NCBI RefSeq assembly: GCF_001194135.2 | Contig: NC_068981.1 | Span: 38,359,615 to 38,423,614, forward strand | Source: Octopus bimaculoides | Lineage: Eukaryota | Length of the DNA: 64,000 bases | Reading direction: 5' to 3' | Shown here: positions 52,393-64,000 of the stretch, piece after piece | Position numbering within the stretch: the first letter of the stretch is position 1 | How the letters are laid out: each line of letters starts with the position of its first letter | Position numbers and translations under genes: made by a program | The notes under the pieces: model-generated | Told to the model about the DNA's origin: nothing | Database searches by the model: none | Seen by the model: only the letters and a program-made list of their open reading frames with translations

Positions 52393-55346
52393 CTTTGCAC
52401 AGCTTCCAACACTGGAGATGTACTATGGTGTCAGCTGTTTACTACCAGCAAACTAAGGTAACACCTATTTTTAGAGCACCTTCTGGACTATTCGAGCAGT
52501 TCCAAGCAGTGCTGTTTTCTGCAAGTGCTCCACCTTTATTGCAGCCCCTATTTGTTCCATATATTTCTCAAGATTTTTACTCACTGTTCCCAGGGCTACA
52601 ACAATTACTGGTATTACTACCACCTTTTTCATCGACCACAACTGCTTAACTTCCCAAGCTAACCTGTCATATCTATTGACTTTTCTTTCTTCCTTATCGC
52701 ATACCTTGTTTTCAGCTGGGCATGCTATATCTATGACCCAGCATAGTTTGCTTTCTTTCTCAATAGAGACTATGTCTGGCTTCCTATTCTCTATCTCATG
52801 GTCACATTGAATCATAAAATCCCATAGGATCTTTGCATTCTCATTTTCGATGATGCCTTTGGGTTTGTGGTTGTACCAATTTTTTTTCTCTGTCAAGTTC
52901 ATTCTTGTTGCAAAGTTTCCAATGGACAAGCCTTGCTATATTGTCATGGCATCTCTTATATTCCTTCTGGGCTAGTGGAGTACATTGGCTGGTAATATGC
53001 CATATGGTTTCACCATTTTATCCACAAATTTGAAACTGCCCAGATGTTGATAGCTTCAATCTTATTCCGTCTGTTTAATTTTGACTTAAGGATCAGTCTC
53101 AGTCTGCGCAAGTACTCACCTTAATTTTTCTGAGATTTCTTTCTCTATCAATTTATCCATTTCAAAAATCTCCAAGTACTTGTAGCCTGTCTCTTCTATC
53201 TGCTTCATAACCTCTCCTGATGGTATCGATAGCCCGTCCAAAGATTTGATTTTGCCTCTCTTCAAGACTAACACACTGCACTTTCTCAGTCCAACTCCAT
53301 TCTAATATCAGCACTGAATGTATACACTGTATCAACGAGGGAACTGACTTGGGCTTCATCTTTACCATGAAGTTTAAGGTCATCCATGAAAAACAAATGG
53401 TCGACTTTTTGTTAGTGGCTTTTGAAAACATACCCAGCTTTTGCTTTCCTCAGAATCGGTGTTGGTGGTATCAAGCACAGTACAAAGATCAGTGGGGACA
53501 GGCAGTCCCCTTAGAAAACGCCCCTCCTGATTTCTGCTGTCCCTAAGCTTTTTCTATATGCTGTCAGGTCTATCCCGCCCCCAATTAGCCATACTTTTTC
53601 CAAGCAATCGCTCAACATTCGATGCAATGCCAAATAGGTTCATACATTCTATTACCCAAGAGTGTGGGATCATATCATACGCCTTATGATAGTTGATCTA
53701 TGACATGGCTAAGTTACTTTTCTTCCTCTTGTAGTCTCTAAGTACAGTTTTGTCTATCAGGCATTGATCCTTGGTACCTCTGCACTTATGCTTGCAACCA
53801 TTCTGCTCATGTGACAGGACTCCATTTTTTTCCAGATGTTTGTACATTGACTCAGCGAGTATTCAAGTCAATAATTTCCACATAAGTGGCAAACAGGATA
53901 TCAGCCTGTAATTGTCTACTGTATTGCCTTTCTGATGTTTTTCAAGCACAGCACTTTCCTACCCAATGTCAACCACTCTGGTGTTACTTGGTTGGCATTT
54001 AAGAAGGTTGAGTTGCGCAGCTATTTGTGCATGACATTCACCAAATCTTTTGACCCAGTAGCCTTGAACTCCATCTGGTACCAGGGCCTTCCAGTTGCTC
54101 ATTTTTTTGCTGAATTCCTTCACTTCCCTCACTGAAATGACTAGTTTTGCCTGTTTTGGACAGACTACTGTTTCAATTCTTGCAACCATTCAGCATCCCC
54201 CATGTGCTCCTTGTCTTTGTTCCAGATGTCACTCTAAAACCTTTGACTTTCATTGTTATCTGGTATCAACTTTTCATCTGTACACTCTCCATTTATTTCT
54301 CTATAGAATTTCTTCTGATCTACACTGAATAACCTATGCTGGTGGTAACCCTTCATTATTTGGTCGTATCTTACCATCTTTGCTTTCTTTGCAATGAGGC
54401 ACTGTTTCAGTTCCTCCATTACCAATTGCAGGCCCTTTCTTTCAATATTATACTTCCTTTACAGTGCCCTGTATTTTTGTTCGCCTTTAAACTCGCCTTT
54501 CTCTTTTTGGTCTACCACACAAATTTCCTTTGGGAGTATATCTAACCCTACCTATATTCTTCTTTTCCATCATAGATATTTTCTTCTGTCACTCCCATTA
54601 TGTTTATTTTTCTTGACATCAACACCCACGTTTTCTGCTACAACATTACTTGCTGCCTTGAACAAATTATTTGTTTCTGTGATGTTTGTTTTGATGTATT
54701 TCAGAATTTCATTGACATTTTTTGTTTCTTGATTCAATTTCCACCGATCAACCATTTTAAGATTGCAAATAATGTCGCTATTGTTCTCCTGTAGTCTTGC
54801 CTTTATTCTGTCGTAGATTACCTTTTGTTCATCTGTCATATTGCCATCAGTTTTATTGTCTTCTTTTAGATCATCTATATGTCTCTCATCAAGTAAACTA
54901 CCACTGCTCCTTTCCTGTGCTATGAGATTACTTTAGTAAGAACTGTATTTTCATCATTATCTCTGCTGCTATTTTCCAAGACCCATCTTTTGATGGCTTC
55001 GAGTTCTACTTCTGTAAACCAACGAAATTTTCTTATTGCTCTAACTTGATCACATAGTCTCTGTTCCGTGAGTTGAAACAATCCCTTTTCCTTCCAATGA
55101 TCATACATACTTTGACAGTAACCCCTAATTTGAGCACCATTTTCATTAATTTGCTTGCTCCATCTATGCCATGTGTGGTGGTTCCTTTCTGGATATTGAC
55201 AGGCTGGAGCCGGACCAGAATCTTTGAGCCTGCTGGGTGCAACACTGTCACCATCAATGGCTTCAGTTTCATTACTACCATTGTTCACAATATTTTGTTC
55301 TTTCATTGTCACTCATATGAGGTAGCAATTATCAGGTTGCGCAATT

Positions 55347-55348
<2 letters not shown>
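52393..55348 (-). mobile_element. Near-full-length R4/Dong-clade LINE, frameshifted, with a large internal deletion after RT; flanked by (TAA)n on both sides
   Basis: N-terminal domain RGYCQSMYDHWKEKGLFQLTEQRLCDQVRAIRK; RT KAPGPDG-like [49 protein letters not shown]; ETIWHITSQC; ILWDF..RKPDIV..IDIACP; LQKTALLGTARIV. Confidence 0.92.
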
Positions 55349-55434
<86 letters not shown>

Positions 55435-55437
55435 CAT
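55349..55437 (-). repeat. (TAA)n microsatellite between two Dong-like elements
   Basis: Direct reading. Confidence 0.95.
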
Positions 55438-55690
55438 CACATTGGTAGTTGAGGGCCGATACGTCCACACGTGCCAATCCCTATTGATATCACACCCACT
55501 CTCTTAATTGCCCACAACCTGCATATTTCCCACTTCAATTCATCATAGTTGTTAACTTTTTCTTTCTCTTCCTCTTTCATCCTGTTGTCACCAGGACATG
55601 CTGTGTCAATGATCAGGCATGTTTTATCTTCTCTGTTCACCACAACCATGTCCGGTTTCCAATGTCTAATCTGATGGTCACACTAAATCA
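55438..55690 (-). mobile_element. Additional R4/Dong-like endonuclease fragment
   Basis: DHQIRHWKPDMVVVNREDKTCLIIDTACPGDNRMKEEEKEKVNNYDELKWEICRLW; (TTA)n-like sequence again at ~55691-55714. Confidence 0.8.
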
Positions 55691-56299
55691 ATTATTATTA
55701 TCCTTATTATTATTAAGTTATATCTGAAATTAAGATACCAGAATTTGCATTTTCAAAACGTGCCTTATTTAATGGTAGGAAGATTTTCGATAAAGAAAGT
55801 CCTCTCTACATAAAAAAAATCCACAAAACTTTAAAAAACTTAAAGCAACAATAAAGAAATGATATCCTTTTTAACCTCTGAACACAAGTACAATTCATTC
55901 AACGTAGGACATTGCACTCCTCATAACTTGGTTAAGTGATAATGAGGTATGTGTCCTATGCCATAATATATCTATTAGGAATGCCTCCTAAAACCTTATT
56001 GATTACCTTCATTCTATAAATTTGATTAAGTTAATTGCCTTTTTTTTTCAGTGGCAGCAACTCAAGCAAAGCCCTTTATTTTGAGCAAGAATAGCTTCCA
56101 GATGTATTTTAATTTCCCATTTATAATAATTTAAGTAATCAGCGTTATAATGTTTCGTGGCTTAAACAACACGCAATCATTGAAAAGTTTATTTAACCAT
56201 TTTTGATTTAATACTACCAAATTTAGTCTCTATTTACAAAGCTACCTTCTTGATTAACGATGTCTTTGACATTTTAAAAATATGATACAATATGTAAGG

Positions 56300-56520
56300 T
56301 GGCCAGTTGGCAGAATCATTATCACACTGAGTAAAAATACTTAGCAGCATTTCATCCATCTTCATATTCTGAGTTCAAATTCCACTGAGGTTGACTTTGC
56401 CATTCATTCTTTTTGAAGGTTGATAAAATAAGTAAAAGTTGAACACTGGGATTAATGTAATTGACTTACCCACTCCCCAGTAATTGCTGGCCTTGTGCTA
56501 AAATTTGAAATAACTATTAT
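56300..56520 (+). mobile_element. SINE family B
   Basis: gtggccagttggcagaatcatt...ttctgagttcaaattccactgaggttgactttgcc. Confidence 0.75.
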
Positions 56521-57879
56521 ACAATATATAGCTTGCATCAGATGAATCAATTTGGAGATATTTCATCCAATGAAGAATGTCACTATTTAAACTCAGATAT
56601 AAAAATAGTATTACATTTCACTGGTTCTTACTGCAATATCCCTTCAGTCATGTTTTCTAACTCTCTTTCCTACACCATTCTTAGTGACCCTACAAAAGTC
56701 TTTGGCACTACCATTTCCATTATGACTAAATATATCCGTATAGCAAAGAAGTTTGCTTTGCAAGCGTCCATCTTTAGGTTTAATCACACAGTGTGGAACT
56801 TTAAGCAAGTGTCTTCTACCATAACCTCAAGTTGAATAAAGCCTTGTAAGTGAAAGCTGATGGATTGAAGTCGTGTGAGAACCCACCAAGAAACTAGCTT
56901 CCTGTTTTTGAATAGTAAATTTAATCCATTATGTTTAAAAGCACCACCTGGTCTTTGGGAATCTTTAGTAGACTCCACTTTGTTACAAGTATTCAGATGA
57001 GGTTTCAAATCTGAAAATATCTTCCACCTTTCCACTTAGTAGTCTCAGGCCCTGAAAAATATCATAAGCACTGTCTTTCTGCCTATGACTAAGCAATTAA
57101 TAATAAAAGATTTCCTTTCAATGAAATTACTCACTTTCTTAAGATCTAAACATTAATTGTACTACTAATCACATATATAGCACACAGTCACTGATGTTTA
57201 TAATTTTAGCATTTAGATGAAAATCTTATCATTCTCAGACAAGAAAAAGAATTCTTAGGTGATCAGAGTAATTGAAACGGAGTAAGGAAGATCAAAGGTG
57301 TATAGATTAATTGCAGAAGAACAAACAACTGATTATAGTTCTTCTATCACATGTCAACAACAAATGAAAGGAAAAATCGATTAAGATAGAACTGATTGAA
57401 TCATAATGGCAATAGTTTTAAAAATTTTTGGAGATATTTTGAAAATAGTAAAAGTACTTGAAATAAAAACACTGACCAGTAAATTCAACAGAAAATTGCC
57501 GGAGTTGTTAATGCATAGGAGAAAATACCTTATGGTATTTGTTCCAGCTTTTGTGCTCATAGTTCCAATCCCACCTAGGTCAACTTTGCTTCTTCTTCTT
57601 GGTAAAATATAGTGCCAGTCAGAGCAGATTGACAGAGTTATAAGAATATCCAACAAGATGTGATATTTGTTCTAGTTCTTTGTGTTGTAAGTTCTATGAT
57701 TGTAGATGCAGTTCAATACCTGTCTTAACACCACTACCTAGTACCTAAGATGTCTTAAAAGAAGACCACTCTGTTGCAAGCATTCATGCTAGGTTTCCAA
57801 TTTGATGATAATTTCATTCCTTCCTCCAACCAGTGCCAAAAGCCTATAATGGGTTATAATGCTGCTCTTCTCCCTCTGA

Positions 57880-58330
57880 CTAACCATTAAAGCACCCACC
57901 ACACTTTTGGAATGGTTGGCATTAGGAATGGCATCAAGCTGTAGAAACCTTGCCATATCAGATTGGGGCTTGGTGCAGGTCACCTAGCTTACCAGTTCTC
58001 GGTCAAACCGTCCAACTCATGCCAGCATGAAAAGCAGACATTAAACGACAATGACAATGACGATGATGATGATGATGAGATATATGTATCTTTTACCTTT
58101 TACTTGTTCCACTCATTCACTCAGACTGAGGCCATGCTGGGGTACTGCTTTGAAGAATTTTAGTCAAACAAATCAACCCCAGAACATGCTTATATTTTAA
58201 GACTGGTACTTGTTCTATCAGTCACTTTTACCAGACTGTTAAGTTATGGGGTCATAAACACACCAACAACAACTGTTAAAAGGTGATGGGGGAAACAACA
58301 CAGACACAATAATGCAAACACACACACACA
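57880..58330. mobile_element. RTE tail (+, ~57880-58078) abutting a family-A SINE body (-, ~58080-58330)
   Basis: Tail motifs with (GAT)n; atcttttaccttttacttgtt...gccatgctggggtactgc. Confidence 0.7.
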
Positions 58331-58757
58331 CACTTCTGCAATTGAGTAACCCAAGGAAGAGTTGTCTCTCATATATTTATTATCATTTATTACCCCTTTG
58401 TTAGCCCCTTGTGGGTAATAGAAAAAGATCAATATTTTTTATCCTGAAAAAATAAAGCAAAAATAAACTATTTATTCAACAAATTTAAAATCATATATTT
58501 TATAATCATATAAATTGAAATTCAACTGGGAAAAAGACAAGGAAAATAGCGATGTGGTCTCTCATAAATTTGTCAGTGAAATGTTATAAGTTAAACAGTA
58601 AGCTACACGATTGTTTATATTTTGAACTGGGTTATATTTATTTCCATTGATAACAGCCAACTTTTCTTGGATGTTCACTATTGTTAAGTTCTTGGATGTT
58701 CACCATTGTTAAGTTATGTTTCATTTGCCTGATTCTAATTATCAAATACAATGTTAG

Positions 58758-58815
58758 ATTCAAGTCTGGAAATGGAACATCTGTATATTACAGATCACTA
58801 CTTTTCAGAGAACAA
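58758..58815 (+). CDS. Possible coding exon (58 nt), phase-compatible with 59071-59140
   Basis: ttag acceptor (weak), GTAAGT donor; reads DSSLEMEHLYITDHYFSEN. Confidence 0.2.
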
Positions 58816-59070
58816 GTAAGTGGTAGAGTAGCAGAGTCAGAAACAGAGGATCCAGTTTCAATTTTCAGCACAGCACTGGACATAAAAATCACTTGAAGAT
58901 ATCCAGATGAATGATCAGAAAGCTACATGCAAATAAAAAGATTTATTAAACCAATATTTTGTCATTTCTTTTTTTTTTTTTTTTTTGTGTTTGCTGTAAG
59001 ATATGTTTTAATCGTATCTAAAATAAACTTACCTGATTTTCACCCACAAATACATGTCATCTTTTTTAAG

Positions 59071-59140
59071 TGAGCTTGAATCAAAGAGGCATGAAGATTG
59101 CATGTTTACAGAAACAGAAGCTACTGCAATAGCAGAAGAG
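59071..59140 (+). CDS. Possible coding exon (70 nt)
   Basis: cttttttaag acceptor, GAG|GTAATG donor; reads ELESKRHEDCMFTETEATAIAEE. Confidence 0.25.
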
Positions 59141-60543
59141 GTAATGTGTTTAAACCTCACAAATGTGATGTTTAAATTCTTTATCTTTCATATTGGAAAG
59201 AAGCTCCTTGCAAAATGTCAATTGGCTTTCTTTTGGGAATGGCTCACAATACCAATCTGCAACACTTGCGCTATTGTAAATATGTGAGAAATACTCTAAT
59301 ATAAGTCAGGCTCAAGTTTTATAAAGAATCAGCAGCAAATATTTTTGGCTATAAAGTGGAAGTCTTTGCTATACATTTTTAATAATGTTATATATATGCT
59401 AAATTGCTATCAAAAATGCTCAAGAATTGTAGACTTCAAAGTTTTAGCTATGTCTTTGTAGGGTGTAGTGTAAAACATTCTTCTTGAAGTGTGAGTCATT
59501 GTGACTTTTTCCAGTTGAATGAGACAGAGTAGACTTATTTTCAAAGAATGGTTTCAAGGCCTCTATTCCTGGAAACAATACATGTCTGGTGAGTTGTATT
59601 TAGATTGTGTATGGATATCTTTGTGCGAAGAAGATTAAATAAAATGAAATGCCATATTATCTGCACAGGATTGGTTAGAGTGTGTGGTTAGAATTAACAG
59701 CAGTGGTTTCTGTCTCTACAGAATTTGTGCTAATTGTCAATGAGAAGAGAAGCACACTGAATGTGCTTCTTTATGACTGTCCATTACATCTTTGATGTGT
59801 TAGAAGTAGAAATTGGAGAGTTTATTAGACCCGCAATCAGGTATAATTAGTTTCTTCATTATGAAGCTTTGCTGAATAAGAATATGAATAAGAGCAATAG
59901 ACACCTGTTGTAGAGAGAGATTTCAATGAATGTGGTTAGTGAGGCAATTAAGGATATGAAGGCATCAGAGGATGTTGCAAATACATCAAGGATTGTTGAT
60001 GAGATGCTGAATACAATACAATGTCCTAACTATACCAGTTACTTAATTAATCAAACTAAACTGGAAAGCATTTCCCTCAATGCCACTGTAGCCATATTGT
60101 AAACTGAAACTGTTGCAAGTAAAATATAGTTGCAGCAGATCAATGCAAATCAAATGAATTCTCAGAAATTTTGCTTTTGGTTGTTTTTGTTTCAAATTCA
60201 TTATTTGAATTTTATATTTCCTAATGTTTTAAAGAAGCTAAAAAGGCCTACTACACACATACAATCTCACTGGGAAAATATTTGTTTAGCTTAATCAAAG
60301 CATTTACATATATATCTTTTATCTTTCATCTTTTAGATGTTTCAGTCTGCACTGCAGCCACACTGGGGTACCCCATTGAAGGGTTTTTAATCCAAAAAAA
60401 TTGACCCTAGGGCTTGTATTCTTTTTTAAAGTCTAGTACTTCTTCTATTGGCCTCTTTTGCTGAAACCACCAAGTTATAATGACACACACAAACACAAAG
60501 ACACACACACACATGCTTCATATATGTGTGTGTATATATGTAA

Positions 60544-60577
<34 letters not shown>

Positions 60578-60653
60578 GTTAAAGAAGACAACAAACATTA
60601 AGGCAAGGCAAACATCTCAAGTGGTATACAATATTATTATTGGAAAAAATTCA

Positions 60654-60709
60654 GTCTTACATCTGTTTCTGGGATATCCTAGAATATGGGACATTCTGTC
60701 ATCGGAGAC
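60654..60709 (-). ncRNA. Degenerate mirror copy of the hammerhead motif (core mutated to CCGATGA)
   Basis: Reverse complement reads gtct-ccgatga-cagaatgtcc...ggatatccca-gaaa-cagatgt-a-agac. Confidence 0.45.
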
Positions 60710-61122
60710 AAATAAGGAAAAAATAGGGAAAATGAGAATGGTATATATTAATGAGATGATGACATAAAGGAAGGGAGTAAAAGAATAAGGAAATGGAAAG
60801 AAGGAAGAAAAAAGAAGCATAAAAGTTCATAGTTCAACTTTTTTAAGTTATAGAAACAAGAGCATGAGTCCTTAGATGCAATCCTGCATAGATCCACGAG
60901 CATAAGTCCTTAGGTACAATCATGATTGGGCTTGCACCTAAGGACTTATGCTAATGGATTTATGCAGGACTCTTGTTCCTATAAATTTGGAAAGTTGAAC
61001 CATGAACTTTTATGCTTCATTTTTCTTCTTTCTTTCCATCTCCTTATTCTTTTACTTCCTTTCTCTATGTTGTCATCTCATTAATATATATCATTCACCT
61101 TTTACCTATTTTTTGCCTATTT

Positions 61123-61178
61123 GTCTCTGATGACGGAATATCCTGTACTCGGAGATATCCCAGAAACAGCTGTAAGAC
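61123..61178 (+). ncRNA. Minimal type-I hammerhead ribozyme motif
   Basis: Stem I GTCT/AGAC; CTGATGA 61127-61133; stem II cggaatatc/gatatccca (7 of 9 pairs); GAAA 61163-61166; palindromic stem III ACAGCTGT; predicted cleavage after GUA at 61174. Confidence 0.65.
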
Positions 61179-61399
61179 TTGGAATTTTTTCCAATAATAA
61201 TATTGTATACGACTTGAGATGCTTGCCTTACCTTACTGTTTGTTGTCTTCTTCAGCAATTATTTATCTGCTGCATTGGAAATCTGCAATGGCTGTATAAC
61301 TACCTCCATGTTTATAACCTTGGAGCCCTAGTAATTTGTTACAGCACTTACCTAGCATACCTAACCCTATGGATCACCTGTGAACTAAACCCCATACTT

Positions 61400-61462
<63 letters not shown>

Positions 61463-61629
61463 GTTTCTTTACTTGTGAATTAAGGCTATCATTGGTTTCA
61501 TGTTAAGGTAAGTAGGAAAATATCCTAGTGTCTTAACAATTTTTCAAACTAATCAGATGGAGAAAGGTGTTCACCGCCATTTTGGAAAACACAGGGAGAC
61601 TATGTCTTCCAAAATGGAGACATCTTTCT

Positions 61630-62176
61630 NNNNNNNNNNNNNNNNNNNNNNNNNNNNNNNNNNNNNNNNNNNNNNNNNNNNNNNNNNNNNNNNNNNNNNN
61701 NNNNNNNNNNNNNNNNNNNNNNNNNNNNNNNNNNNNNNNNNNNNNNNNNNNNNNNNNNNNNNNNNNNNNNNNNNNNNNNNNNNNNNNNNNNNNNNNNNNN
61801 NNNNNNNNNNNNNNNNNNNNNNNNNNNNNNNNNNNNNNNNNNNNNNNNNNNNNNNNNNNNNNNNNNNNNNNNNNNNNNNNNNNNNNNNNNNNNNNNNNNN
61901 NNNNNNNNNNNNNNNNNNNNNNNNNNNNNNNNNNNNNNNNNNNNNNNNNNNNNNNNNNNNNNNNNNNNNNNNNNNNNNNNNNNNNNNNNNNNNNNNNNNN
62001 NNNNNNNNNNNNNNNNNNNNNNNNNNNNNNNNNNNNNNNNNNNNNNNNNNNNNNNNNNNNNNNNNNNNNNNNNNNNNNNNNNNNNNNNNNNNNNNNNNNN
62101 NNNNNNNNNNNNNNNNNNNNNNNNNNNNNNNNNNNNNNNNNNNNNNNNNNNNNNNNNNNNNNNNNNNNNNNNNNNN
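61630..62176. other. Assembly gap
   Basis: Run of Ns. Confidence 1.
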
Positions 62177-62214
<38 letters not shown>

Positions 62215-62222
<8 letters not shown>

Positions 62223-62397
62223 TATATAATGGACAGTTTCTGTTCGCCATATTTATTCACAAGGCATTGATCAGCCCAGGGCTATAGCCAAATATACTTG
62301 CCTAAGATGTGATGCAGTGGGACTGAAACTGAAACCATGTTGTTGCAAAGCAAGTTTCTTAACCACACAGTCATGCATATGTCATATGCCAGTGCAT

Positions 62398-62490
<93 letters not shown>
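62215..62490 (-). mobile_element. Family-A SINE head (~62215-62375) followed by a long (CA)n (~62400-62489)
   Basis: attcacaaggcattgatcagcccaggctatag...cagtgggactgaaactgaaacc. Confidence 0.7.
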
Positions 62491-62492
<2 letters not shown>

Positions 62493-63084
62493 AAGAGAAA
62501 GTTCCTAAACGTTTTTATTTAGTTGTAGTTTAATAAATGCCTTGTCTAAATGAAGATGTATGAATATTGTGAAGTCCATATGTCTCTAGTTATCTGATAC
62601 ACATACATATATATATATATATGCGTACATACATATACACAATACACACACAAACCAAATCTGCAAGGGTAAAGTCAACAGCGAAGCAATAAACCTTAAA
62701 ATGATAAATGGATTTATTTAGTTGACCTGGGAGAATAGATTGATGAACAGTATTGATGTCATTTGAAATAGAGAGAGTATTAACACTGAACAGAGGGATT
62801 CAAATAAAATTCTCAAATTTATGAGCAGCCCAGAGAATGTTGTCATAGAAAAGCCTTATTTAAAAAACTGCATCCTACAAAACAAATGTTGACCATAAAA
62901 TCTTACTTTACACATAGGACACCATTCACAGTGAACATTCTCTACAAAATGTCTGTTTCTGATGTTATACTAAAACTGGAAGGACATTATATAAAGTTAA
63001 AACAAATTTAGTTAGTAAAATCTATTAATGCATTCATATAATTTACAAGGCCGCTATGTTGTTGTTGTTGTTGTTGTTGTCATG

Positions 63085-63680
63085 AAGGCGTTGAGCTGGC
63101 AGAATCATTAGCATGTCGGACAAAATGCTTAGCTGTATTTCACTTGTCGCTACGTTTTGAGTTCAAATTCCACCAAGGTCAACTTTACCTTTCATCCTTT
63201 CAGGGTCAATAAATTAACTACCACTGAAGTGTTAGGGTCAATGCAATCGACTATCCTCTTCTTGAAAATTCCAGGCCTTGCACCTATAGTAGAAAGGATT
63301 ATCATTATTATTATTATTGGCCTGACTGGCTCCTGTGCCAGTGGCACGTAAAAAGAACCCACTAGACTCTCGGAGTGGTTGGAGTTAGGAAGGGCATCCA
63401 GTTGTGGGGGGTGGGGGGTCAATATAATTGACCTACCCCTCCCGTCAAATTGCTGGCTTTCTGCCAAAATTTGATACCATTATCATTATTATTATTATCA
63501 TTATTATTCCATTCACCATTACATTCTGAGTTCAAATTCCACCATGGTTGATTTTACCTTTCAGTTTTCAAAGCAAATGAAATAAGAAACAGTAAGTAAT
63601 GCACAGGAGTTGATATAATCGTCTTATCCACTCCCTTGAAATTTCAGGCCTTGTGCCTATAGTAGAAAGGGTAATTGTTG
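63085..63680 (+). mobile_element. Cluster of family-B SINE copies and an RTE-tail fragment
   Basis: aaggcgttgagctggcagaatcattagc...gagttcaaattccaccaaggtcaactttacc; repeated partially at ~63520-63680. Confidence 0.7.
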
Positions 63681-63824
63681 TTGTTGTTGGTGGTGGTGGT
63701 GGTGGTGGGGATGGGGATGGTGTTTCTAATCTACAATATATGTTATATATTTTCCACTTACAGCTTTCAAATATCATGAAATCATGCATGTGTCAAAATG
63801 TTCAATAAGTATATTTGTGCTATC

Positions 63825-64000
63825 CTCAGGCTGTGTGGTAAATAGCTTGCTTACCAACCACATGGTTCCAGGTTCAGTCCCACTGCATGGCACCTTGGGC
63901 AAGTGTCTTCTACTATAGACTCGGGCCGACCAAAGCCTTGTGAGTGGATTTAGTAGAGGGAAACTGAAAGAAGCCTGTCATATATATGTGGTGTGTTTAT
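63825..64000 (+). mobile_element. Family-A SINE head (well conserved)
   Basis: ggctgtgtggtaaatagcttgcttaccaaccacatggttccaggttcagtcccactgcatggcaccttgggcaagtgtcttctactatag; ccttgggcaagt resembles the CORE-SINE domain. Confidence 0.85.

Larger units (their letters stand above)
60572..61262. mobile_element. ~690-bp imperfect palindromic element with a hammerhead motif in each arm; probably inverted Penelope-type pseudo-LTRs
   Basis: Arms align end to end (ataattgttaaagaagacaacaaac... / ...gtttgttgtcttcttcagcaattat), centre near 60926 (gcataagtccttaggtacaa / ttgcacctaaggacttatgc). Confidence 0.85.

Noticed and set aside
58665-58716. 25-bp tandem duplication ttcttggatgttcac.attgttaag
   Set aside because: An ordinary slippage duplication; with only two units it is not an array or a CRISPR.
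61533-62270. ORFs longer than 200 aa in the supplied track
   Set aside because: They span the N-gap and are artefacts.

Overview
This is AT-rich, repeat-dense animal genomic DNA from a draft assembly with 3 N-gaps. The SINE/LINE repertoire resembles octopus (coleoid cephalopod), which is an inference. No host protein-coding gene can be established; only a few weak plus-strand exon candidates are seen. The window is a mosaic of: RTE-clade LINE fragments and their (GAT)n-tailed 3' UTRs; two tRNA-derived SINE families; two decayed GIY-YIG Penelope-like elements; Tc1/mariner remnants; and five fragments of restriction-like-endonuclease (R2-superfamily) LINEs (one Hero-like, four R4/Dong-like, all four of the latter bordered by microsatellites). 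Most notable are: (i) a tRNA-headed SINE-like element carrying a minimal type-I hammerhead ribozyme motif, split by a Dong LINE inserted in its internal (AAT)n; (ii) a ~690-bp fold-back element with a hammerhead motif in each arm; (iii) a perfect 112-bp inverted duplication whose pieces are circularly permuted; and (iv) a (TATG)n microsatellite hosting both an R4-like LINE and a triple-C2H2 RTE 3' end in opposite orientations. Repeat boundaries were read by eye and are approximate.
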